From Octopus bimaculoides (Eukaryota): a stretch of 64,000 nucleotides of DNA. Location of the stretch: positions 57,861,686-57,925,685 of the forward strand of contig NC_068982.1 in the NCBI RefSeq assembly GCF_001194135.2. Reading direction: 5' to 3'. The notes below the pieces were generated by a model. That model saw only the letters and a program-made list of their open reading frames with translations, was not told the DNA's origin and searched no databases. Position 1 is the stretch's first letter, and each line of letters starts with the position of its first letter. Shown one piece after another: positions 38,621 through 51,917 of this stretch. Position numbers and translations under genes: made by a program.

Positions 38621-39479
38621 CAGTTGAAGAAAAAAACTGAAGAAATTGGAGTCAAGAAGGAGTATGGTTGGCAATTTCCTTATTAATCACTACAATTGTT
38701 TTGACACAATGCGGTTCTCTAAGAATACTGGTATTTGATTATGCAACTGTTTCTTTGTATAATGAGATCCAGTTGTATTTCCTCAGGTGATATACAAATG
38801 TCTCTGTTAATTTAATGTGCCGTTGTGGCATGCACCATGTGTATCCAAGCAGCTAATAAATTCAAACCTCAACAAACAAAGACGATGGCCTTGAAGTCAA
38901 AGATTTTAAACTAACAGAGACACACTCTATTTGAAAAATGAACGAAAGTGCAAACAATAATGAATAAATGAAAAAATCTTTTTCCAAAATTGCGGTGACC
39001 TTTTTTTTCTCTCTATCTCTCAACTTATATGTATATACACACACACATATATATATATATATATATGCATGTATGTATATATTTGTGTGTGTGTGTCATT
39101 GTCCTGCCAATGCTTGACAACCAATGCTGGTGTGTTTATGTCCCCATAACTTAGGAGTTCATCAAAAGCGACCGACAGAATAAGTACTAGGCTTACAAAA
39201 AGTAAGTCCTAGGGTCGATTTGTTTGACTAAAACTCCTTCAATGTGGTGCTCCAGCATGGCCACAGTCAAATGACTGAAACAAATAAAAGAATAGTATTT
39301 TTGTATCATTCACATATTATGTCATCCCCTTACTGCTTTTCATCATGTGAAATAGTTCACCTCTTCTCTTCTTCTTTATTTAGGTAAAGAAATAGATGCA
39401 AACACTTCTGTCTATCTAGAATAGATAGAAAGATAGAGAGAAAGGGAGTGAGAGAAATAGAATGATGGAAAGATAATTT

Positions 39480-39740
39480 TAGCCACCATATAACATGCAT
39501 CCTTGGCAGGCTGACAATAGTTATAGACGCATCAGATGTAACAACATGTGTACAAGTAAGGGTGTTAGCAGACATGGAGAGAAGACCAAAGACTGTTCGG
39601 ATTGCTCACTGGAATTAATTGACAAACTCTGTTACTTTGGGAAATAGAGTTTGTGTCATTATATAACGGCCATGGAAAGATTTTGGGGAAGTTATACCTC
39701 AGGTGATGATGGAATTCTCATGCAAAATATATACTCTGTA
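39480..39740 (+). mobile_element. Decayed RTE reverse-transcriptase fragment
   Basis: SLELIDKLCYFG and RPWKDFGEVIP resemble LEVVDKFCYLG and AWKKFRELLP. Confidence 0.5.
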
Positions 39741-39821
39741 AGGTGTATGTGTGTGTGCATATAAATAATACATGTATGCATACATGAATGAGTGTGTGTG
39801 TGTGTGTGTGTGTATTACTCT

Positions 39822-40318
39822 TTTACTCTTTTATTTGTTTCAGTCATTTGACTGTGGCCATGCTGGAGCACCGCCTTTAGTCGAGCAAATTGACTCCAGG
39901 ACTTATTCTTTGGAAGCCTAGTACTTATTCTATCAGTCTCTTTTGCCGAACCGCTAAGTTACGGGGGACGTAAACACGCCAGCATNNNNNNNNNNNNNNN
40001 NNNNNNNNNNNNNNNNNNNNNNNNNNNNNNNNNNNNNNNNNNNNNNNNNNNNNNNNNNNNNNNNNNNNNNNNNNNNNNNNNNNNNNNNNGGGGGGGGGGG
40101 GAGACAAACACAGACACACAAACATATACACACATACCTATATATATATATATATACATATACGACGAGCTTCTTTCAGTTTCCGTCTACCAAATTCACT
40201 CACAAGGCTTTGGTCGGCCCAAGGCTATAGTAGAAGACACTTGCCCAAGGTGCCATGCAGTGGGACTGAATCCGGAACCATGTGGTTGGTAAGCAAGCTA
40301 CTTACCACACAGCCACTT
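39822..40318 (-). mobile_element. SINE family A spanning a small gap
   Basis: Both halves match family A; the gap 39986-40089 sits next to a poly-G run. Confidence 0.8.
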
Positions 40319-41300
40319 CTATGCCTATTGTTTATCTTTTGTTTGTTTCAGTCATTAGACTGTGGTCATGCTGGGGCACCACTTTGAAAAACTTTTAGTT
40401 GAATGAATCAATCTCAGTGCTTATTTTTTTAAAGCCTGGTACTTATTCTATTGGTCTCTTTTGGCTGAACTATTAAGTTAGGGGGCTGTAAATAAACCAA
40501 CACTGATTGTCAAGCAGTGGTGGGGAACAAACACATGCACATAGGAATGATGAGAATGAGTGCTCAACACTGCATTGGGGGATAGAACTTCTTTATTTGT
40601 GTATTAAGGCTACCATTGGTTTTATGCTAAGAAAAAAATGTCTTAATATCTTAACAATTATTCAAGACATTTACATGGAGGAATGGTGTTCATCTCCATA
40701 TATATATATGTACGATGGTCATCTTTCAGTATCTGTCTACCAAATCTACTCACAAAGCTTTGGTTAGCCCGAGGCTATAGAAGACACTTGCCCAAGGTGC
40801 CATGCTGTGGAACTGCACCTGGAGTCATGTGACAACTTGCAGTTGCTCTGGGATGCATCGTCAGTGATGTTTCTTGGGTCTCAGGTGGTTTGGGGTCTTT
40901 CAACACCAGACCTCCTTGCACAGTTGGCCCTGCTGGAGTTGCTCAAGTCTTAGCTTGCAGCCTAATATTAGCAAACTGCTAGACTACCTACTTTATCCAA
41001 ATTCACCCATATATATGTATATGTATGTATGTATGTGCACGAGTATGTGTGTGTGTATTTTTGTGCTTATCCTTGTGATTATAGGACAGTTGCAAATGAA
41101 GATTATTATTATACAAGCAGTGTTGTTCGTTTTTAGTCTTCCATGAAAAACAAGGAAGTAGATTAGGTGAGTGACAGGAAGGACATCTGGGTGGAGAAAA
41201 TCTGCTTCAACAAATTCCATCTGACCCATACAAACAGAAAAAAGGGGGACATTAAATGAAATGTGTGAGTGGATTTGGTATGTATATATATATATATATA

Positions 41301-41532
41301 TATAAAAGATAATAAGAGTGAAAAAACTACAGAAGGCTTGTGTTACATGGTTAAAGTATATATTTAAATTATGTCAGAAAAATGTTAGAAAATGTTATAA
41401 AAACTTTTTGGTATATAAACATTATACAATGTTTATAACATTTTCTAACATTTTTCTGACATAATTTAAATATATACTTTAACCATGTAACACAAGCCTT
41501 CTGTAGCTTTTTCACTCTTATTATCTTTTATA
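41301..41532. repeat. Long near-perfect inverted repeat (101-bp arms, 30-bp spacer)
   Basis: 41301-41401 is the reverse complement of 41432-41532 with one mismatch. Confidence 0.9.
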
Positions 41533-41687
41533 CATCCAACCACATGCTTTCACATACCAACTTTCTCATCTATATATATATATATATATACCGGAGTAAG
41601 CACATGAAATGTGCAACAAGGTGGAAAAAAGAGTACTCAAATACCAGAGGTAGAGTAATATACTTTATTTAAAAGCAGCAGAAATAT

Positions 41688-41745
41688 AACAAACATACAT
41701 ATAACAAACATACATATAACAAACATACATATAACATACATACAT
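41688..41745. repeat. 15-bp tandem repeat aacaaacatacatat (about 3.5 copies)
   Basis: Read directly. Confidence 0.8.
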
Positions 41746-42893
41746 ATATATATATATATATGTATGTATGTATGTCTGTGTGTCTGTATTTCTCCCCCCC
41801 CCCACCATTGCTTGACAACAACCGATGCTGATGTGTTTAGGTCCCCGTAACTGAGCTGTTCAGCAAAAGAGGCCAGTGGAATAAGTACTAGGCTTACAAA
41901 GAATAAGTCCTGGGATTGATTTGTTTGACTAAAGGCAGTGCTCCAGCATCGCCACAGTCAAATGACTGAAACAAATAAAAGAATAAAAGAATTGGTTTCA
42001 AATTTTGGCACGCAGCCAGCAATACATCAACCCCAGTGCTCAAGTGATACATATTTTACTGACCCCACAAGGATGAAAAGCAAAGTCAACCCTGACAGCA
42101 TTTGAACTCACAATGCAAAGTCAGAAAAAATGCGCTCAGCACTTTTTTCCAGCAGAGTAACAATTCTGCCAGCTTGCTGCCTCTAATGGTTCAAACTTTG
42201 GAACAAGGCCAGCAGTTTCGGAGTTAGGGGTAAGTCAATTACTTTGGCTTATTTCATTGATTCTGAAAGGGTGATAGGTAAAGTCAACCCTGGTGAAATT
42301 CGAACTTCAGAATGGAAAGATGGATTAAATGCTGCCAAGCATTGCATCAGTTTTGAGCTTGGGGATATGTCAATTACTTTGGTTTATTTTACTGACCGTG
42401 AAAGGGTGATAGGTAAAATCAATCCCAGCGAAATTTGAGCTTCAGAATGGAAAGGTGGATGAAATGCCACTAAGCATTGTGTCCAGCATGCTAACAATTC
42501 AGCCAACTAACTGCCTTCTGGGAAACGAAGGCAGCATATTATAGAGAGAATCTCAAGCAACCAAAACAGAATCAACTGACTGGTAGATTGCAACTAGACT
42601 CTAAACCTACAAACAAGTTAAAAAACTGACTGAAGATCTGGGAAAGATGATTGTTGTATTGGTATTTACTTGTAGTGTTCTTGATGATACATGCTAGGTG
42701 ATAAAACTCCATAAATGGATGGCAGAAGGTCTGAAGTAGCTACTTATTTCGAGATGATGTGGGATAAAAGAAGTTAGATTAGACTTCAATGAGTTACATG
42801 GACAATCTAACCCACAGCAGCATGAATGCACAAATCTTAAAATAATTAGGTATACATGCATACACAGACACTGATTCATATATATATATACAT

Positions 42894-42926
<33 letters not shown>

Positions 42927-43778
42927 GATAAATACACACACATATATGTGTGTATATATATACATATATATAAATACACACACACTCACATATATTTACA
43001 TACATATATATGTGTGTGTGTGTGTGTGTGTGTATGGATGGATGGATGAATATCATATCAACACCTCAAAAACACTCTGCAAAAATTGTGTGTTTGTATG
43101 TATCTTGAACTGATACCTGACATACAGCAACATAAAAGCATGTGTGTGTGTGTGTGTGTATTATGTATGTAAACACACACATGTGCACACATATACATGC
43201 ATATATAAGCACATGTAAATACATACATACACACTCATCACGAAGACATATTCAAACCTCTATGCAAATCTCATGCATGATGCATACACAGACTGAGACA
43301 CATACACACACACATGTAGAGAGAAAGGTATTACAACACAGGAAAATATGCATCAAAACACACACACTACCATCAACATACATACACTTACACAAATTCA
43401 TAAACTCTCAGACACGCACACATACACAATGTCCTAAAATGATGATACATTAAGACAACCTTCATTATACATACAAATCTTCTCTCTCTTTCACAGATGT
43501 CTTCTACCATTTCCACACCAGGCGCTGTGTTCTCATGTTCTAATGTGCCAATTCCACTTCTGCAGTTTGTCACAAAATTACAAAACAATCTACTACAAAG
43601 GCAACCAGAAGTAGATAGCTGCACTTTGTCTAACAATGAGATAAGAGAGGCTTCCATCCATCACCAGATACAGGAATATACAAACACAAACATTAATTAC
43701 AGAGTCGGAATGAGATCTAACTGTCTGTCAGTTTCTCTCTCTTTCCATGTATGTGTATATACATATATATATATATAT

Positions 43779-43827
<49 letters not shown>

Positions 43828-44106
43828 TATATTTACACATATATATGGTTGCATGAGCTAAGGCTCTATATGTACTGGAATACATACATATACAAATGGA
43901 GATGTATATGCAAACATTGTCAGGTGTGTGTGTGTGTTTCTGTACACAAACATGTAAGTACACACACACTCACACACAGATATACATACATACAAATATT
44001 ATAACAGGTATGCACAGGAATACACAAGTACACATACTGACCTGTAAACCCAATGATGTGTGCATGTGCTTACACACACATTCACATGTATGAGTGTATG
44101 CACGTA

Positions 44107-44167
<61 letters not shown>

Positions 44168-45685
44168 TTACATATGGCTAAGGAACAAGACAGCTGAAAT
44201 CAGCAACATCAAATAAATGGGTAAGAGAAATAGGATAATTGCTTCTTAAAATCTGCACTTTGTACCATTATACACACACACACACACATGTGCACACACA
44301 TACACGCACGCATACACAGAAAGTATAGAGAGTCCTCTTTTGATTTTCTTGATCCTTCCATTTGATGTGGCACCAAGAAGGTTTTCTGCAGGGGTTAGTT
44401 AGGAAGTGGGGAGGGGGTGAAGAGAAAGCAAGGGAGGGGTCTTTTTTCCTTGACTTAAGATCATAAGGATGAAGAAAGGTTGTAATCAGTGGACCTACAG
44501 GTGTTGGCAAGTGATTGTTAGGATTGTTGACGAGAGCATTTCCTTTGGCTGTCAATGATTAAGCATGCTCAGCACCAACGCTTTTTCGCATGTTATCGCA
44601 CCGTCACAGCCCCTTCCCCCACCCACCTATCTAGAACCATATGGAAGTCCTGGTAAATTCATTAGACAGCAGGAATACATCTCAACAGTGCCTAACTGCA
44701 CAAGTTAAGCTGTTCTCCCGACAAACAGCATGAATATAACACAGACTGGTCGGTTAATTCTCACAAATACTGTCGTCTCATTTTGTGCAGTCCTATCTCA
44801 ACCTTGATCAAAGACATTCTAGGTGTGACCATACTATCTTTTTAGGGTTGGTTATCTAGCACTACATTATCTGATGTGTCTTCCTCTACTGTAAGAGACT
44901 ATGATGTGATTTGAAGAAGATTTTTGGCTGCTATTTCTAGCATGTCTTTTATGAGGTAACAAGATTAGTTGCATACTTTTATTCCACTGCATTAACTGAA
45001 TGTGTTTTTCAGCTGTATTTAACAGTTTAACAGAATACTTCATAAATTTAAGTCACTGTATATCATAACAACAAATCTCAGTTTTATTTCACAGTCTAAC
45101 AGTATTACATATCTCAGTTTTATTTTACTGTAAAAGGAAAACCCATCTTTTTTTATTTCACCATATGAAATAAAAAATAAGGCATATTTATTTCACTATT
45201 TTGCACAATGAAGTCTAACATGTTTATTTCATTAAGTTATGTCGTAAGTGGTGGCGACACTGTTGTCATCATCATCATCATCATTTCTAAAATCTACTTT
45301 TCCACACTTGCATGGTCAGACAAAATTAGTTATGGCTGATTTTCTGTGGCTGAATGTTCTTCCAGTCACCTGTTTCCAAGCAAAGTAATACTTCCCCAAT
45401 CTTTTTAACAGGAACAGCTTAATGGCCAGACATGTTTTCATAGAAGCTAGCAAACAAAGGACACCCTTTTTGTACAATGATGGCTTTATTTACTATCAGT
45501 GGGCAAATGTCAAGACAAGGAGACACACACACACACACACACACACACATTTATAGGTTTTACAGGTATGCCCTATGTTAGGACTCACTCAAGCTATGAG
45601 ATTGCCTACTTACATTTATTCTAAAGGATTACTTACTTACATTTATTCTAAAGTATAACTGACTGACTTCCCTGCCTCTCTCTCG

Positions 45686-45724
<39 letters not shown>

Positions 45725-47493
45725 TCAATCTTCACCACCACTATTATCTACCATGAACACTAATACAACCACTGCCTGATTATCAACCCACCAGCTCGTT
45801 AATGACCAGTAACAATGGTAATGAACAAGGTAAGCAACTTCATCTAAAATAGAAGATAATTACATCAGATAATGTGGTAACTTAGTGAATTTCTAATGCT
45901 GAGTGAAATGCTTTTGATCCTAGATCAATGGGAATTGATTTGAAACAGCAACAACAATACAATTAGCAAGAACAATATGACTCCTGCAACCATGAACAAT
46001 ATACCCTACCATTACCATCTCCATTTTGATCCATGCCAAAACAAATATAACCAAAATAACCACCTCTACCAACCCATCACCTTTTGAATAACCAACCAAC
46101 AACAACAATAGCTGCAAAACAGGAATGTCTATAACTACATATGTTATATGTCAATACAAGGGTGTATGAGTGTGTGTGAAATTTTTATGGCTGAAGTTAA
46201 TGCAAGGGTCAAAATACTCATACAGTACTTCCTTTCACTTCACTTCTTCAGCCTTTTGTCCTCTCATATTCATTCTTATATATACAAGAATAAAAATAGA
46301 TTTTGCTCCCACAAACTATTCTTATTCTTTCTTGGTGCTATTCTTTTTTTATAATATATTTGTTGTGGATAGTTGTTGATCATTGCTACTGTTGGATTTA
46401 CATACAGTTCAAGATGGAACTGAATGGTATGGTGAAAAGGAACCATAAAAGGATTACAGTATAAAACTTGATGCTTAAAAAAACTTGATATAAGGGGGAA
46501 AAAATTAACCACTATGCTAAAACATTAAAGCTTGCAATGTCTGCAGTGTGAACAATATGTGACGAGAGAGAGAGAGTAAATTAAGTGCACAAGAAGCTGC
46601 TCTATTAACTGTTTGGACCTTATTTTGTCATAGATCTAATTCAATGCTTAAAATGGTAAAATGGAACGGTTCTTGAGTGTATGGATCAAGGCACAGACTC
46701 TACACAATGTACAGATAAGCCCAATGGTAATTAAAGCAAAAGATAAGACTTGGTATAATGATTTGCAAAAAAACAGAAGGCAAATATATTGAGCAGCAAT
46801 ACAAACTCTGGAGAGAGAGGGAGAGAGAGAGAGAGTGAATGAAAGAAAGAAGAGGTGAGAAAGATAGTGAGGTATACAAAAAGAGAGAGAAAGATAGAAG
46901 GAGCCACAACATGAGGGAGAGACGGAGAGAGGAGTGGCTGGATGTAAATGATATACAGGACATAAAAGAGAGGAACAAAGGTAATTATAAAGGAATAAAA
47001 AGAAACAGAGTGGGTTGGGGGAAGTGATATAATAATTATTTTGAGAGGAGAAAAAGCAGTAAAAGAGAGAAAAGGGGCTGAGAATTTTTGGAACATTGCT
47101 TGTCCAGATAACAGCAGATATAGTGATGGTGATGATGATAGTGATGTTGTTGCTGGTGGTGGTGGTGGCGATGGTGGAAGGGTTGGTACCAGTTATTAAC
47201 ACACAGGATGCAAAGAACTTCAGCAACAGTACAAGAGCAATAGTAGTAACAATGTGAAGTATTTCTTTCATTCACATTATCTCCTCCCACCCAGGGCACT
47301 TTCTGCTAATGTACAATTGAAGGTCAAAGCCAGGCAAGTCAAAGGGAGACAGGTAAGATGGGGAGTGGCAGGAGTGGTGAGAGTGGAGAGAAGGAACAAG
47401 TGAATTTGATAGTAAAACATTCCAAGATGGAAATTTGAGAGAGAAGGGCACACACACACACACATACGCACGCACACAGATAAATAGAGAAAG

Positions 47494-47531
<38 letters not shown>

Positions 47532-47552
47532 ATATACATACTCACGCACACA

Positions 47553-47593
<41 letters not shown>

Positions 47594-49175
47594 AATCAGA
47601 CAATGCTTCATGCAAACTATACTAAGTGCAGAAGTGAGTTAAGGGAAATAACTCAAGTGGACCATTTAGATAATTCAAGTAAATGCTCATGGCTTACACA
47701 CACACAAATTGATATGAATTGAAATTTTCCACTTAGTTAAGAGATGGAAAGCAGAAAAAAAAAACAAAAAAACTAACAGTAAATAACAGTGACTCTTGAA
47801 GAAAAGGGTGAGAGAATTTCATGAAATTAAAAATTAATTTCACAGAAAACTGAATTTTTATTTTTCGTAGGAAAATGTTTGTCAGCTGGTGATGATCTAA
47901 TAGCTACAAACATGCTTCAGCCTTATTTTACCTTATCAGCAAGCCAAAGCCGTCTACAGCCTTGCTTTGATCAGTGGACATAGATCTTTTACAGATAGCA
48001 AAAGCAACATTAAGAAATAATAGAAGTGGACTAATAGCAAGAACTTAGATAATTCAGGTAAGTGTTGTCTTTCTCCAAGAAAGTGACATATTTCAATTTG
48101 TATGGCGTCACTACCTTAAATGAGTATCTTCTATCATAGCCCTGTGTTGGCCGAAGTCTTGTAAGTGGATTTGGGAGGTGGAAACTGGACAAATCCTGTC
48201 ACATATATATGTGCGTGTGTGTATGTGTGAGTGTGTGTGTGTGTGTGTGACTGTCTCCTTGTCTTGACTTTGTTTTATGGCTGTAAATGAGTATCACCAA
48301 CATGCAAGCAGTGTCCCTTGTTTCCAATCTTCCTTGAAAACATGTCTGGTCATGAGGAAGTACTACCTTACTTGAAATCAGTTGAAGGTTGGCAACAGGA
48401 AGGGCATCCAACTTTAGAAAAATCTATCTCAACAAATTCCATCTGACCCCTATGAGTATAGAAAAGTGGCCATTAAAATGGTGATGATGATGATGATATC
48501 AATGATGATGCCAATGATAATGATGATGAAAAGGAATTTTTTGCATGCATCCTGAACAAATTCTGACTGACCCAGACAAGCATGGAAAAGCAGTCGTTAA
48601 AACGATGATGTCGATGATCACGATCATGATGAAAAGGATTTTGTTTTGTATGCGTCATTTAATACAATACCACCTACAGCAGGTGGTGGAGTGGGAGATA
48701 GGTGGCATGGGGGAAAGAAAGGTGTTTCCTGGTGGAATAGTGTATAAGTGTTTATGTGTGTGTGTGTGTAGGAAATAGGATGAAGTGTGTTGCACAAAAG
48801 AAGTGGACAAAGAGGAACATTGTAAAGTGAAAGTGTGACTAAGAATCTTATATACATGCTTTTCGCAAACATAATAGAAACTCTTGTCTTTTATGGAGTA
48901 TCAATGCTTTCAGAGAGAATAACAGTTTTTCACAGAGTTGTACTATTGTTACTTTCAGATTTTGGCGCAAGGTCAGTAATTTCAGGAGTGGGGTAAGTTG
49001 ATTACATTTTCCCCCTAACCCCACCCCAAATGCTTAGCTGGTACCTATTTTATCGAACCTGAAAGGATGAAAGACAAAGTTGACACTGGTGGAATTTGAA
49101 CTCAGAACACAGAGTACTATTATTATGATGGAGTATGAATGTTTTTAGTGAGGATTGTCTTTTTTTTCTTCCATA

Positions 49176-49590
49176 GGCATAGGAGTGACTGTGTGGTAAG
49201 TAGCTTGCTTACTAATCACATGGTTCCGGGTTCAGTCCCACTGCGTGGCACCTTGGGCAAGTGTCTTCTACTATAGCCTCGGGCTGACCAAAGCCTTGTG
49301 AGTGGATTTGGTAGATGGAAACTGAAAGAAGCCCGTTGTATATATGTATATATATATATATATGTGTGTGTATATGTTTGTGTGTCTGTGTTTGTCCATC
49401 CCAACATTGCTTGACAACCGATGCTGGTGTGTTTATATCCCCATAACTTAGTGGTTCAGCAAAAGATATTGATAGAATAAGTACTAGGCTTCCAAAGAAT
49501 AAGTTCTGGGGTCGATTTGCTCGACTAAAGGCGGTGCTCCAGCATGGCCACAGTCAAATGACTGAAACAAGTAAAAGAGTAAAAAGAGAA
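49176..49590 (+). mobile_element. tRNA-derived SINE, family A, full length (internal (TA)n tract)
   Basis: Head with A/B-box-like motifs (gtgtggtaag...ggttcagtccc), CORE-like ttgggcaagtg, tail gtaaaagag; many similar copies in the window. Compare the octopus OK/OR SINE families; the family name is not assigned. Confidence 0.85.
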
Positions 49591-49874
49591 AGAGAATAGC
49601 AGTGTTTATAATACCATTTCCAAAGAGTATCACTGTTTCCATGCTCCCTCTTTAAATTGAAATGATTTTATTTAAATTTATTTATCTTTTCTGATTCTCC
49701 TTTCTTTTTGTTGCTTAATCTTAGGCTAAACCTGAACAGACATATGATCAAAGGTGTTCAGCCATGACCATCCTGCCTATTTTTTTTAGATAGAGAACAG
49801 GGTATAATTTGATGAAGGCTTGGCTGTTATTTCTTGCAAGTCAAGAAACCAAATACATACTAACTTGTTAGTGC

Positions 49875-50050
49875 TTGCCAAGGGCTGCCACAATGGTTCC
49901 TGTCCCTCTGAAATAACAAGTTGTGTGCACACTACCTCTATCTATACCCATCTGTTGTAGCTGCATCTCCTCATCCTTACACCACCTCGTCTCATGGACC
50001 TGTTTTAAATGATTTGCTTCAATGTTTTACTCTCAACTAACTTAACCATA
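49875..50050 (+). mobile_element. Possible 3' relic of a similar CR1/L2-like LINE
   Basis: HNGSCPSEITS and HPYT resemble the YYNG.CSSEL...HPYT terminal motifs. Confidence 0.3.
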
Positions 50051-50583
50051 CTTCTCAATGGACACCACTACAGACATTCAAGTTGTTCTTAAACAACATG
50101 GATGTGTCTCTAAGAGCTGTCTATGGGTATAATTTATTTTCCTCGACCACTTTAAAAATAACATTTTATAAAAAAGGTAAAAACTACCAACTTGGAGGAT
50201 GGGTATAAATGTTTATTGACTTTCAGTACTTGATTGGTACTTATTTTATCAGACCCCAAAAGATCATGAGCAAATGCAAGTACAAATTTGTGGCCTTGTG
50301 CCTATAAATAGCCTGTCTATCAAAGAAAGGATATGAAGTGATATGCTGGATAGTTCTAGAAATGAAGACATTGCTGAGGCAGGTGTTTTGTAATGTTAGC
50401 CACTCAGCTATGACATTTAAGATGGATTGATTGAAGCAAGTAGAGTAATGTAGAATACTTAAAAAAATATGAAGGAAAACAAAAATTTAAAAAACCCACA
50501 AAGACTGTAATGTGATTAACTCAAGTGTCTTCACTAAAGGAATATCTGACTGTAAACCAAATAAATACTGAAAACTATCTCAA

Positions 50584-50803
50584 CCCTTTCGATACAAAAC
50601 TGCCTGAGACCATCCCTGGTTTTATGATATAATCTCCCTGTTTTAGAATGATCTAAATTAAAAACTTCAATCAAAATTTCATGGTAATTTTTGTTCCTAA
50701 CACCATCTTAAAAATGACTAAACTGTTTTACTAAATTCTTCATTATTTTCAAAATGAACTGAAATGAAGACTGTGTTTCAACAGAGATATGGTAACGAAA
50801 GGA
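50584..50803. mobile_element. piggyBac-like MITE (220 bp)
   Basis: TIR ccctttcgatac versus reverse complement tcctttcgttac (10/12); flanks tcaa and ttaa. Confidence 0.55.
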
Positions 50804-51834
50804 TTAATAAAGTAATTTATCACTATCATTATCAAAATACCATCCTACCTGTTATGATATAGGCTTAAATAATCAAGTCATTAGAATCTCAGCCCCACCT
50901 TTACTTACATCATTAGTACCAACAGTCCTTGAACCCATAGATACCCTGAGTCTTTTGTCTTTTATCTTTTACTTGTTTCAGTCATTAGACTGCAGCCATG
51001 CTGGGGCACTGCTTTGAAGAACACTTAGTTGAATGAATTGACCTGGTACTTATTTTACCAGTCTTTTTTGCTGAACTGCTAAGTTATGGAGACGTAAACA
51101 CACCAACACTGGTTGTCAAGCAATGTGGGAGGGGACAAGCACTGACACAAAGACACACATACATATACGATGGGCTTCTTTCAGTTTCCATCCACCAAAT
51201 CCATTCACAAGGCTTTGGTTGGCCTGAGGCAATAGTAGAAGATACTTTCCCAAGGTGCCACACAGTGGAACTGAATCTGGAACCATGTGGTTGGGAAGCA
51301 AGCTTCTTACCACACAGCCACAAACACATTTCCAGTGAGGGTAGTCTGGCACTTTTCTATTCTGCTATAAAACAAACCCCTTTATTTAAGGGCAAATACT
51401 TGGATACAGACTATACTGAAGTCTGTGGGTTACTGAATACTTTTCTAAACAATGAAAAATGGTTGCTTTGCAGATTTAAGCAGTAAATTTAAGCTAAAGA
51501 TAAACTGTTATTGGAAAGCCTTGCAAAGCTACAGTCATTTAAAAAAAAACAAAAAACAAAAAAACAACGACTTTAAACTTCTTTTGGTGAGAGTGCTAGT
51601 AAACTGATTGAATCAGCTCTCATATGTGAATGGCATTCAAATTATCAATTCTGAAGGGTTGACAGTTAAAGGAAACTTTGGTGAGATTGAACACAGAATA
51701 TAAAAAGACAGAAACTAAACACTACCAAATATTTTCTAGCATTCAACAACTCTATATTGAAAATAATTAAGAAAATTACACATTAGCAATATTTGATTTA
51801 AATTTATTTCTAGATATTTTTTTTTGCTTAATAC

Positions 51835-51917
51835 CTTAATCAGAGGAGGAAGGATGGTGCTTATGATCATTTCAAGTACCTCAGAGATAAGTTGGCGAAA
51901 GAGTGGAGTGAAGTCCG
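51835..51917 (-). CDS. Coding exon A of an unidentified multi-exon gene (phase 1 to 0): xDFTPLFRQLISEVLEMIISTILPPLIK
   Basis: Acceptor gacttttag|CG, donor AAG|gtatta, 83 nt open. An in-frame alternative acceptor 63 nt upstream gives 51835-51980. Joins exon B in frame. Confidence 0.6.

Noticed and set aside
49176-49260. tRNA genes at SINE heads
   Set aside because: A/B-box-like motifs run straight into SINE bodies and I could not form a full cloverleaf.
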